This document shows, piece after piece, positions 22,246-34,762 of a stretch of 42,343 nt of DNA. Numbering within the stretch: the first letter of the stretch is position 1; every line of letters starts with the position of its first letter. The translations under genes were made by a program, and so were the position numbers. Source of the DNA: Octopus bimaculoides (lineage: Eukaryota); contig NC_068982.1 of NCBI RefSeq assembly GCF_001194135.2, positions 94,138,283 to 94,180,625 on the forward strand, written 5' to 3'. The notes under the pieces were generated by a model that ran no database searches, was not told the origin of the DNA, and saw nothing but the letters and a program-made list of their open reading frames with translations.

Positions 22246-23251
22246 ACTACCAACTTCCAAAAAAGGTATGAACGTTTGACCATTATATTTTCTTTCTTCT
22301 ATTCAGAAAAGAGGTGACTTTGGGGGATTCCCAAGGCTCTATTGAATCTGTAGCCATTTTTATGCATTTGTTTCGCATTCCATTCATAATGTGTCAAACA
22401 TACCCTAATACCTTTTTTTCTTTCCTAAAGATGTACTGCTTGAAGAAATAATCAATATTTCAGCTACTGAGAATCATTTCATTTGACATAAGGAACAATA
22501 GTTTTACCGAAGAGACAAATATGAAATTGGAGTATTTTGATTTTCCAGAAAGCGTTACAAAGCCTTAAAACATATGTAAAAAGGTAATGTATTTCATAGA
22601 GGAAATGTAGGAAAAGCAGAAGCAGAACGGCTTAACTTACATTAACTATTTCTGTTTGTCAGGAATAATTCCGGAAAACCGATATACTATAATTGGGCAC
22701 TGGTGGTATAAATGGTAAAGCAGTAGAGTAACTTCTTTATATTCTTAATTCAATATTATCAGGGCTAAGATAGTTTTTCTCATTCTGATTGACAAGTCAT
22801 ATAGAACCAATATTTTAAGAGGCAAAACTATGAATTGGACATTAATTGAAAATAAAAACTCACGGGAAGTTAAATAGCTTCAACTGCTGACCGAAATAAT
22901 ATCATGTCCAGTTTGCTGGAAGCTTACATCCCGAACTACAATCCTCACTAGTAACCTTTATAAATACTACATTCGAGTTAAGATTGCAGCATTCGGTGTG
23001 AGTTTTATTTGTAATTTGTCATGCTGATACATATAAATATTCCATTCTAATACCATTAGTCCTCAGATGACCATGGTTAGCTGGAAGCTTAGATCTTGAA
23101 CTACCATCCTTATTAGCAACTCTTGTAAACACTACATATGAGTTTAGTATGCAGAAAAAGCGTAATTATTTTTTTCATGAAAAAATATATACTTCACTCT
23201 AAAGTCATTAGTCATTTTTGTATAATAATTTCAATATACTTATATATTTAC

Positions 23252-23677
23252 CTTTTTTGATTTTTACGACAATCCATTCTCCTTTCATATTCAATATTTG
23301 ATAATGATGCAGTCCTGCGTCTTCTCGGCTCAAATTCTGAATATGTCGTCTCTTTCAGAGAATTGTTACTATGGAAAATATAACTATCGCTGCTACTATA
23401 TAAGCTTTCATTCAAACCAGAAGCTAAACTGTTGGACAGTTTTTTTTTTAGCTCAGATCGAGGAAAGACTGTCTGACTCTGATCAATATAAGACGGTTTC
23501 ATTACGTTTTGTTCAGCAGAAATGGGAAATTCCTGTGAATTAGCACTGCAATAACTGCTTACGTACGATTTATTATTAGGTGATATAATATGAACATTTT
23601 GACAAGAGACTGGCTTTAAATCATATAAACGTGCTTGACCTTCTTCCATAAATACGATCTGTTGTATCTGGTCATAT
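23252..23677 (-). CDS. Internal exon (426 bp, phase 2-2) of KIAA1614-like gene
   Basis: Lies in ORF 23248..23694. Acceptor tttttgtttttaatttacag|A TAT GAC; donor CAA AAA AG|gtaaat. Frame continues from the upstream exon (TC+A=Ser) into the next (AG+A=Arg). Confidence 0.85.
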
Positions 23678-23997
23678 CTGTAAATTAAAAACAAAAACCA
23701 TTATGTTTATCACACAGCATGCAATTGAAAATGACATAGACGCAATACTTAGTGACTTTACCCGTAAAGATATTTTCATACCTCAAACACTTCAAAAAGC
23801 ATACGCATAGATACAAAATACAAAAAAAAAAAAAAAAAAAAAAAAAATAATAATCAACTTATGTTTGCTGTGAAACAAGAAACAGTCCTAAATGCTAATC
23901 CGTGAATGCATTTTAAGCAATGGTGGTAACAGCGAGAAATATATTTTGCGTTCCTCCACGTTACGAACTGAAATAACGTCTGAATGTATTTTCTATA

Positions 23998-24125
<128 letters not shown>

Positions 24126-24174
24126 GATAAATACATACATATATATTCATACATACATGCATACATCAGAAAAA

Positions 24175-24345
24175 TAAAAATAAACCACGCTGAACTATTG
24201 AGGAATCTACAGCAATTCTATACATATTACAAAGCCACGTTTATACCTATAATCATTGGGGCACTGGGAAATGTAATACACTGCCTAAATACCAATCTTG
24301 AGAAATTAGGCTTAAATTATCATTTAAGTATATATGAGTATGTCC
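24175..24345 (+). mobile_element. RLE non-LTR C-terminal fragment
   Basis: [40 protein letters not shown] in ORF 23892..24371. Confidence 0.7.
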
Positions 24346-24360
24346 AGACATGCCTGAGAA

Positions 24361-24472
24361 TACATACATAAAACAAAACATAAATCTGCACATGTACATA
24401 CATAAAACAAAACATAAATCTGCACATGTACATACATAAAACAAAACATAAATCTGCACATGTACATACATA
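24361..24472 (+). repeat. Minisatellite, 3 x 34 bp (tacatacataaaacaaaacataaatctgcacatg)
   Basis: Three identical adjacent units plus a partial one. Confidence 0.9.
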
Positions 24473-24811
24473 TATACAAAAAACACCCTGCTGATGTGGA
24501 AATGTCAACGAAGGTGCCTTGAATCTAGGTTAGAAACCAGCTCCTTCATTGGCAAGAAATATTGAAATAAAACTGAATAATGACATACATACATACGCAC
24601 ATACATACATACATACATACATAAGAATGAATACCTCAATATAGTAAAAGGAGCATAGTCCTCAAATCTCTCAGCCTACAGCAAGCATATTGCTGACAAC
24701 ACCTTTGCAGTATCTGTCCTCACTGCAAAGTTTATCCTGAACTGGTCACTACAAGAACTCAGTGAGATAAACATTCTAACTCGTAAACTACTCAGTATTA
24801 CATGATACGAA

Positions 24812-25030
24812 GGCGGTGAGCTGGCAGAAACGTTGGTACGCCGGGTGAAATGCTTAGCGGTATTTCGTCTGTCTTTTCGTTCTGAGTTCCAATTCCGCCG
24901 AGGTCGACTTTGCCTTTCATCCCTTCGGAATCGATAAATTAATTACTATTTGCGTATTGGGGTCGATCTAATCGACTGGCACCCTCCCCCAAAACTTTGA
25001 GCCTTGTGCCTAGAGTAGAAAAGAGTATTA
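24812..25030 (+). mobile_element. Family A SINE, full length
   Basis: ggcggtgagctggcagaaacgttgg...gaggtcgactttgcctttcatcc...ccttgtgcctagagtagaaaagagtatt. Confidence 0.9.
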
Positions 25031-26010
25031 CAGGATACGTCAACATTAATGGAGATGTAGTCAGGAAATACATCCCACACAAGGGTAGTGATCGTGGTTT
25101 AAATCTGTACTGATGTCATATGATGCACAGATTGTGACCCTGAAGCAACATCTGCAACAGAAGAAAGGGACCAGTAATTATGTTGTCCAGGTTTGTGAAC
25201 ATGAAGGAAACAATATAATTAGGATAGCCAATGAACTTGACGGTAGGTATGAAATAAGCGCTGATGAAGTGATCTCTCCAAGGAGCATTGTTAAAATCTA
25301 TTCAGAAGAATAAAATAAAAAAATAAATGGACTAGAAGCTTAGCATGGAGTACGGACAACTTTATGACATTACCACTTTGAAGTTTACCTCCATACAATT
25401 CAAGAATAAGAGACCTCCACCAAGTGCTTACAGCATAAAACGCAGAAAACATTGACAGACAAGTGTAGGCTATGCAAGAACAAGACTGAAGATATCAACC
25501 ATATTATTGCCAACTATGAGAGAATGTCTTTCAGATATTATCTTCCCATGAGGCATGATACAGTGGCCAGAACAGTCTGGAGCAGGATGATAAAAAAGAA
25601 AACAGCTGCAGACGAAGTTGACCATATTGAGACCGATGGGTTAGAAGAATATTGGTGGAACTTAAAAATTAAAACTGACTGGATATTGTTGTGTGGTACC
25701 ACAAGGAAAAAATATGTTCTGTTTTGAAAACCGACTGCGTTCTGGGCAACAATGCACTTAGAAATATACAACAAAAAGAGCACATCGATGAACCACAGAT
25801 AAGAAGTTTATGTCTAGTAGCCAAGATGCACTCTCAGCTTCATACCTATTATCATTGTAGTAACAAGATACATAATAACACGTCTGGATTGAAATATGGC
25901 TGAACTTGGGTTCTGGACAGAAAACGTAAGTCCTTAATTCATACACTTCAAAAGGTCATGATATCTGGGACTAAAAAATCCTGCCAGACACTCTTAAGAT
26001 TTAAAGGATG
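25031..26010 (+). mobile_element. Decayed RLE non-LTR element (post-RT region, zinc knuckle, RLE remnant)
   Basis: DKCRLCKNKTEDINHIIA...RYYLPMRHDTVAR, EYWWNLKIKT and ghdiwd-like ending; frameshifted. No (AAT)n flanks, so possibly a different clade from the Dong-like copies. Confidence 0.7.
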
Positions 26011-26134
26011 ATGAATAAAACAAGATGCTTTCTTTCACAACCTTGCTACCAAGTAAGCGGTCGGTCAAAACTTAATCTAAATTAGAAAGAGAAAGAACAT
26101 ATACATACATACATACATACATACATACACATAC

Positions 26135-26325
<191 letters not shown>

Positions 26326-28823
26326 ATGGAATACGTTTCACAGATATTTCATAATTTCCTTATAAAAGCATTCAGTTTCTGTGTGAAATCTATGATCACT
26401 GTTGTAGTTATGTTCCTGTGCATATAAGCTGCATATATATTAATATATATGGAAACTCATTCCCTTTACGATTATTGCATTGAAGCAGTAATATGCGGAT
26501 ATTAACGACATATTAATAATTGAGGTCTTACATTCACTGGATATAGTTTTACAGTGCTTAAGCTCTAATTTTATGCCATACACACACATACATTCATTCA
26601 TTCATACATACACACATACATACATACATGCATACATACCTACCTACATGCATACATACATACATACATAAATACATACATACATGCATACATATATGTA
26701 TACGCAAACACATACGCACATATTTGATTTTATGTATTGCCCTTATGTAAATGTACTGACATATGCATCGGTGTATATTATCTATTCTTAGTACCAGGGA
26801 GTAATATTATGGTAACGGTGGTACATAAAAATACCATAATATGAATACTAATATTAATTATACCAAAAGTGTTTATTATGTGTTTAGTATATAGAATGGA
26901 GTTTTGTGCAAATTAATAGGCTCCATAGATGTAAGTGGAAAGAGGGAATAAGATTATAGCAAAACGAAGAGATCAAATTGCCAATATGTTCCCCTTAGAA
27001 TACCATCAGCTCCGATAATCTAACCATAGATCTCTCGTAAAACGTTAAATATAATAGATTACCATATTTTTATTGACAACGAAAGTAGTTTGACGGTAAA
27101 CATTGCCGAAATAATCACTTAACCTGAATAAAACGCAAGTAAAGTTGCAGAACATATACAAAATTTAAGATATTGAAGATGTGTAGCTTTTTTCCGGAAC
27201 CCCTCGGTAAATTTTCGATGAAATTTGCTGGGTGCAAGAAGGCCATCATATGGACAAGAGCCTCCTTTGACCTCTGGTCGATGATATTTTGCTGTGCTTG
27301 CTGAAAAATTGCCTGGACTTTTATTATGCTTATTAGGTATGGCTTTGAATAAGTCGATGATCGTTATTCTCGAATCAATGAATTTAGTACCGCTTTCGTG
27401 CTAAGAAGAGCTTTATAGTCTATATTTTCTGCAAAGTATGTAACTTCGTGCTTATTTTTCCAATTAGGGTAAACACTCATGTTCTGAGGGTGCTGCTGTA
27501 CACTGTCTTCAAATGATGGAGCCAATATTTCATCTGGTGATGGAGCAACTCTGTAGGTGTGTCGGCCCTTTCTATCATGCCAACAACGATGCCTGAGGCC
27601 ACCAACCGATGTAGGCAGCAAAACTCCCACAGAATCGCGAACTTTGTTGAGTTGCAACTCTGGGCTATATGTTTCTAACATTCTCAGTGCTCGTTCTTGC
27701 AGCTCCATTAACCCTCTCTTGAGCCAGATGTTATGGTTTGTTCCAACAAATCCTCTAGCACATTACGGAAACTAGTAGTGTTTGCAAAGTTCGAGACAAA
27801 AGCAATGCAATTATTAGTTCAGCGGGGGATCCATTTTATCTTACCTTCTCCATACATCATTAAAATTACTGTCAGTTAACTACTGCAGTCCTTTGATCTA
27901 TCCATAATCTACCCCATAATGTATGTATAAAATGGTGCATGTATTAGAAATAATTGTGATTATGGTGATTTATAAATGTTAAACATCTGTAGGGACATTA
28001 TGATGACTTGTAATGGCAGAAATGGTAAAATTCTCAACCAAATACCTTGGTACGTCTTTAGTTTTCTGTCTCTTCGTCATGAATTTTAATCCTGCCGGAG
28101 CAGATTGAGGTTGTCAGTCCCATGGGGAGGGTGGTGGTGAAATTATACAATGTACACATAATGAGTAAATTCACAAGCATTTGCCCACCCAACGTAGATA
28201 TGTTGCCTATCCAAGTGACAAATTATTATCATTAATACCCGTTGAGATTTTTATTTGGGATTCAGCGTTTTTCCACGAACGAAAGTAACAAAATAACCAT
28301 TCAGGGCAAATTTTAATTATACAAAGTAAAATTTAGTGTTTTTACCGCTCAGGATAAAATACAATTGCTGATCCCAAATGTTCACGTTAAATTTAGTTTG
28401 TGCTTTTTAACCCCCGGACAGCTATGATCTAGCAGATCTATAATTAAAACCATTTCAGTTGAGAATATTCCGTGTTTAATTTTGAATAATTATATAAAGG
28501 ATATATTATTCAACGCCTCCTTTATTTTTGCTAAGGCGGTAGCGTTTGATTTCAGGTTGAATGACTCTGTAGACATGAAAAAATAAGTTTAGGAGTAAGA
28601 TGCAAGCTGGCCAGTTCACACAAATGTGAAATATCAGCAGCAACATTGATAGCAATATAAACAAGCTAGTCTGATTGTTTCATTACCTACAAGTGCTATA
28701 AATATAGAAACACTGCTACCACCAATAAAGGCAGCAGGTGATGTAGCTGAAGAATTGTAACGATAGTAACGCCTGCATTTTACCGATAGTAGGAGTAGTT
28801 CAGAAACATTAGCAATTAAAAAT

Positions 28824-28858
<35 letters not shown>

Positions 28859-28953
28859 AACACACACACACGCACACACACACACACAAACACACACACA
28901 NNNNNNNNNNACAAACACACACACACGCACACACACACACACAAACACACACA

Positions 28954-28994
<41 letters not shown>

Positions 28995-29084
28995 ACGCAC
29001 ACACTCACCATTCTCAAGAGCCGTAATATCCATAATTACAATAGCAGTAATAATGGTCTTTAGAACTGGCACGTGACTACACAT

Positions 29085-29270
29085 TTCAAGGGAGGGGTTC
29101 TAGTCAGTCAATTAAATTTACTGTCATTACTTTATTGTTGTTTATTTTTATGGAACATGGAAGGATAAAAGGCAAAGTCAAATCTGGCGGGATTTGAATT
29201 CAGAAGATAAAAAGACGTAACTAAACGCAGTATTTGAAAAACAACCAAACTGTTTTAATCGATTTCGTTA
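29085..29270 (-). mobile_element. Decayed family A SINE
   Basis: gaaggataaaaggcaaagtcaaatctggcgggatttgaattcagaag is the reverse complement of the family A core. Confidence 0.6.
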
Positions 29271-29809
29271 TCCTATGCATTGACAATAATAATAACATCA
29301 GAAATAAGGATAACATGGAACTGAGCTACCATTAGTAGAATAAATATCAACAACAACATGCCAGTGAGAAAACATCTATGTGGTTACTCAAACTCCTAGA
29401 AATAGTAACCAAATCTCTCATTGATTATACTTGACTCTCTTAAAAATGGTCGCATTGCATAATATAATCATGGGTTCCCTACACGTACCTCAAAAAGAGG
29501 GAATGGTCATTGCTGGAATGCCTTTTATTATAGCTGGATCAAAGTATACTACAACAACGACGACGACCACGATCAGAAACGTATTTGTAGCAGTGTGGCG
29601 TATGTAAAATATACTAGAATGAATACATTCTAGTTCAATATAATTTATTGTCAACACATTTCTTACAACGTAATTTCTAATAAGCCCGAGCTGAAATGAT
29701 GCATACGCTTCGTAAAGCATTATGATACAAGTAGGCATCATTGGAATCGGAATTCACAATGATATTACTCAATAATATGGGATGAAATTCAAATAACAAC
29801 AACAACAAC

Positions 29810-30088
29810 AATAATAATACTTTCTACTAAAGGCACAAGNNNNNNNNNNNNNNNNNNNNNNNNNNNNNNNNNNNNNNNNNNNNNNNNNNNNNNNNNNNNN
29901 NNNNNNNNNNNNNNNNNNNNNNNNNNNNNNNNNNNNNNNNNNNNNNNNNNNNNNNNNNNNNNNNNNNNNNNNNNNNNNNNNNNNNNNNNNNNNNNNNNNN
30001 NNNNNNNNNNNNNNNNNNNNNNNNNNNNNNNNNNNNNNNNAACTTAGTGAAGGGTGAATACTGCTAAGCATTCTGCACCTCGCCGCCG
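29810..30088 (-). mobile_element. Family A SINE spanning an assembly gap
   Basis: Tail (tttctactaaaggcacaag) before the gap at 29840-30040; head (cacctcgccgcc) at about 30050-30088. Confidence 0.6.
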
Positions 30089-30119
30089 TAATAATGGTAA
30101 TAATAATACTAATAATAAC

Positions 30120-30230
<111 letters not shown>

Positions 30231-31332
30231 CAAGTAGTTAATACCTGGGTGATAGCATCACTTCGGTATGGAGCGGGAATTATAAAATGGCAAAAGAGAG
30301 AAATGAAGACAATGGATACCAAGACCAGAAAAATGTTGACAGTACACGGAGCCTTCTACTCTAAGAGTGACACCGATACGCTGTACTTCTCCAGAAGAAA
30401 GGGTGGGAGAGGTTTGATCAGTTGCCAGGACTTATCGAAGCAGAGGAAAATAGCCTGCGGTGTCATATAAAAATGCCGTGGAGCCACTGTTAAAACACGA
30501 AGAAGGCCGGCGTCATCATAACTGAAAATTGTGTAACTAAAGGAAAGTTTAAACAAGAAATGAACAAAAAGAAAAAACATGGAAGAAAAAGAAAATGCAT
30601 GGTCAGTTTGCAAGAGATATGAATGCAAGACTGTTACAGAGGACCGATGGCTATGGATGAGGAGTGACCTGAAGATAGAGACAGAAGCACTCATATGAGC
30701 AGCTGAGGTACAAGCGTTAAGGACCAACTATATGAAGTACAGAATAGACAACACTACCAATAGCGACAAATGCAGAATGTGTGGTGTGAGGAGTCATGAC
30801 AGTGTGGCAAGAATCATCAATTGGGAGCTCTGTGGAAATCACGGCCTACAAAGGGCAAAGTCGTGGTATAAGGAAAATTCATAAGGAGTCACCGAAAATG
30901 AGAACCGCAAAATGTTGTGGGATGCTATGATTCAGTGCGATCACCTGACCAGACATCGGATACCGGTTGTGGTGAATAAAAAAGGAAGAACATGTATGAT
31001 AATGCCTCGCTGACAACAGGATCAATGTGGAAGATGAAAAAAAAAAAAGCAACTATGACGATTTAAAGTGGGAAATATGAAGGTTGTGGTCAATGAAGGG
31101 AGTAGACATGATATCAATAGTAATTGGTGCACTTGGAAGTGTCAGTACTCAACTACCAACATGGCTGAAAATGATCGGTGTAAGTGTGAAGGTAGAACAC
31201 CTACAAGAATCAGCACTGCTTGGAACTGCAAGAATTCTTCGCAGGGTTCTTGAAGATTGATCAGTAAACAAATGCCACCTTAGTTTGTTGGTTGTGGATA
31301 GTTGAAACTTTCCATCATACCCAGTGAAATAA
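30231..31332 (+). mobile_element. 5'-truncated R4/Dong-like element (thumb, knuckle, RLE, 3' UTR)
   Basis: VINTWVIASLRYGAGIIKW...SDTDTLYFSRRKGGRGLISC, VQALRTNYMKYRIDN...KCRMCG, and SALLGTARILRRVLED*. Preceded by 140 bp of (AAT)n; ends gtaataataataa. Confidence 0.9.
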
Positions 31333-32947
31333 GCTATGAGTTTTCATATAGTAATAATAATAAGCATTTCTTTCTTTGCCGCATATTTCCTGGTCAGTGT
31401 CGCACACATCCTTAATCAAACTCTTTTGCCGTATCTTATGATAAAATAAAACAAATTTTTATATCATTTATTCATTTCAGCTAGCAATATATGACAGCAT
31501 ATTTTGAGATAAAAGATAAATCAAATTCTTGTAATAGGGAGGTATTTCTGCATGAAGGATATAGATGTTTTGAAAGTATACTTGTTTGATAACCAGGGCA
31601 ATGAACTAAGGACTGCTTATCATCCGAAAGGTATGTGACAAAGATTCTTTAAGGCAAATGACGACAGTGAGAAATGGGGAAATGTCTTTAGGCAAAAAAA
31701 CAAAAAAATGCTTTGGAATTATGTAAGTTTAACGAATAGAATATGCAGATATCGAGTACTGGGTTTATTGTCAGAGCCAAACACAGTATTCGTGCTTTGC
31801 ATTACTGAATGCAGTGTGTATAATGACTTCAGAAGTATTTCCAGCACTTAAACACCGACTTTCATTGACACATTGGAGATACTACAAAAGCCAGAAATCC
31901 CGAGGAGTTTAGAATTAATATCGAAAAGTGCACTGCAGAGATCATTGACAAAAAAAAAAAAGAAAAAGAAAAGCTTCGCAGCTTCTCAGCTTCACAGCTT
32001 CTCAGCTTCACACACGAATCTGTTCTTTTATGTAGTGTATTTCAAACCATATAATCCAATGTGGATTTCCAGTTTAAAGATGATGTTGTTTGATTTAAAA
32101 TATTTTTGACTGTTTTACTACGAAGTAGAGGAACTACGAGGAAGTTCTCTCCACATATATCTTCATGATCTCTCCATATATATATATATATATATANNNN
32201 NNNNNNNNNNNNNNNNNNNNNNNNNNNNNNNNNNNNNNNNNNNNNNNNNNNNNNNNNNNNNNNNNNNNNNNNNNNNNNNNNNNNNNNNNNNNNNNNNNNN
32301 NNNNNNNNNNNNNNNNNNNNNNNNNNNNNNNNNNNNNNNNNNNNNTATATATATCATCGTGCAGCGTGAACAATTCTAGAAACATCTCTGCTAGATAAAC
32401 GTTTAAGTTTAAACTGTACATGAATTGAAAAAAAAACGTAAGCTATCGATTAAACTGCTGTGTGTGCAAGTAAGTGACATCTATGCAGCTGTCCAGTTTC
32501 TACTGGGCACTCGACAGTGATATTCCATCGTACATTAGCTAATAAATGTATCACAGATCTAACTATCAACCGGGGTTGTTTTGGCTTGTATATTTTCTTT
32601 TGGATGAAGAATAGAACGCCTCCAGTTTGCTCTTTAAAAACATAGCATTAAATCTTCTGATTGTCAATAAAATTTTGTCTGATTTTTCTAAAGTCTTACA
32701 TGAAGAGATGGAGGGGGAATAAATTGGAATGTCCACTTCTTAGTAAATGTTATTGTTGTTTAGTACCAGTCAGCTCTGGTTTGGAAGTTCTTTGTCCGAT
32801 GGTGATCCACCCATAAAGATTTCTTTCTGACTGGTCCTTCTTTTCTAGATATTGTATGGCGCGATTTGAAGGCGTTTTGACAGAATTATATATACCTGGA
32901 GAATGTTTAGCGACAATAGGTCATACATGCATACACACACACACATA

Positions 32948-33520
32948 CAGGGTGTGATGGGTAAATTGTCGCCATTTTATATTTTTAAATTCACGCATGT
33001 GCATTATTTGTTTTTGATTTTGAAGACTACACAGTATAGTAGGGTCAGTTGGGCACTGTCTCTGAGAAAAACAACACCATAATGCAATTTACTCAGTCAG
33101 AAATTTGGAAATGACATGCTGTACTGTTTGACATTCGTGCCGGAAGCTCCAATACAAACAATACAAATGGATGGTGAACTCACAGAACAACCGTTGGCTT
33201 GCCGCGTTCCCAAAACATGGACCGCGAGTGATAAAAATCAAACATCTTGTCAACGTCATGGTGTGTTCGGAGTGACCACTAGTGGTGGCGACGTTATGCC
33301 TCCATTCATCTTCTTACACAACCTCAGACTTAACACGGAGGCCTATATCAAGTGCCCGGAGAAGGTAGTGCAGCCCTGGACCAAGAGTGTGACTGCTGGA
33401 AGACCCTATGTCTGGAAACAGGAATCTGCATCCTGCCACACAAGCAGAAGAACCTAGTCATAGCTTTCAGACAATTTCTGCGACCACATCACCATTAACA
33501 TCTGACCGTCTGACTGCAAA
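32948..33520 (+). mobile_element. Tc1/mariner element: 5' TIR and internally deleted transposase
   Basis: TA|CAGGGTGTGATGGGTAAATTGTCGCC. N-terminus as in 7350-7740, then a jump near 33160 to VFGVTTSGGDVMPPFIF..LRLNTEAYIKC.EKVV.PW...GRPYVWKQESASCHTSRRT. Resembles DD37D-type groups (inference). Confidence 0.85.
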
Positions 33521-33599
33521 TACTTCTCATCATTTGGGTACGAAGTCGGGTCGGCCTCTGTATTGCCTCGTTTACATTTAGCAACTTTTATTTATGCAG

Positions 33600-33800
33600 A
33601 CTTCACCACCAGAATTAGCCCGTTAGACATCCTTCTTATCAAAGACGTATTTTGGTACGGGATGTGCAGTATTTTCTCTGGGTCCGTGCACTCTGAGGTG
33701 ATAGATTTAATCTGTTAAAAACACCACAAGACTCTTAGATACCTTTAACAGAGTTCACTATCTTGTAGGTATTCAGGCCATGTTTGTGGCTTGAATGTAA
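33600..33800 (+). mobile_element. Possible decayed LINE RT remnant
   Basis: DTFNRVHYLVGIQA resembles K(A/T)FDRV.H.YL; very degenerate. Confidence 0.25.
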
Positions 33801-34039
33801 CGCCAGCCCTTCCTATCACTGGATTTGAAGGTCCTAGTAAATTAGTCCTTACTAATTTTACTTGGTAAAATAATTTGAATTTTTTGTGACTCTTAAAATG
33901 TAACTGTATATAGTATGTCTGTTTCTTTACGTTATCATTTTTCCAAACTTGCCATTGTGTTTTAAAACACTTGGAGTGGTAATGTTTTCATTCCTACTAC
34001 CATTACGTCTAGCATTTCAAATAATGTTCTCAAATTTTG

Positions 34040-34250
34040 ACATAAGGCCAGTATTTCTTTCATGGTTAGCGGGTTATTTGATTACATTATCCCAAGTGCT
34101 CATTTTGTACTTACCTTTATCGACACTGAAAAGAGAAAAGACAAAATTTACCTCGGAAGGATTTGAGCTCAGAACTTAAAAGAACCGAACGAAATGCCAG
34201 AAAGCATTTTTGCTTGAAGCGCTCATGATTCTGCCACCTCGTTGCCAGCT
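34040..34250 (-). mobile_element. Decayed family A SINE
   Basis: tacttacctttatcgacactgaaaag...cctcggaaggatttgagctcagaac...gattctgccacctcgttgcc. Confidence 0.65.
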
Positions 34251-34509
34251 CATCGTTTTTAGTACAAGAAATAATTTAAATGGCCAGTGTACGAAAATAT
34301 GTCGACGGTTCAAAAAGAAAGGTTAAGACGATTCTATATTTCCAGCCCAATCACTGAATACTACGAAGTCCGTTCCGTTTGTTGGTTAAAAGTTCTAATT
34401 TATCAAGTATTCTTAGACGGAATTTCCTTCCAAGTTGAGTTTGTGAAACGTGACCATTCAAGGCAAACAACCGTAATAATAAAATACAGTATCACGTACC
34501 ACCACCACC

Positions 34510-34541
<32 letters not shown>

Positions 34542-34762
34542 CAACAACACCACCACAAAGAACAACAATGGCACAACAACAACAATATGACAATAATAAT
34601 AACTAGTAGTAAGAGGAGAGGAAACTGGAAGAGGAAAATAAAGTTAATAAAGTTAATTAAAACTGTAATATGCAAACAAATATAACGAGGAGCAGTAATT
34701 TAAAAATGAGAAAAAGTATGTTCATTTTATCCTTTAAATAAAAGATATTTTTTAAAACTTAC

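Noticed and set aside
34287-34685. 132-aa plus ORF with His/Gln runs
   Set aside because: Built on a (CAC)(CAA) microsatellite, antisense within the intron, with no recognisable domain.
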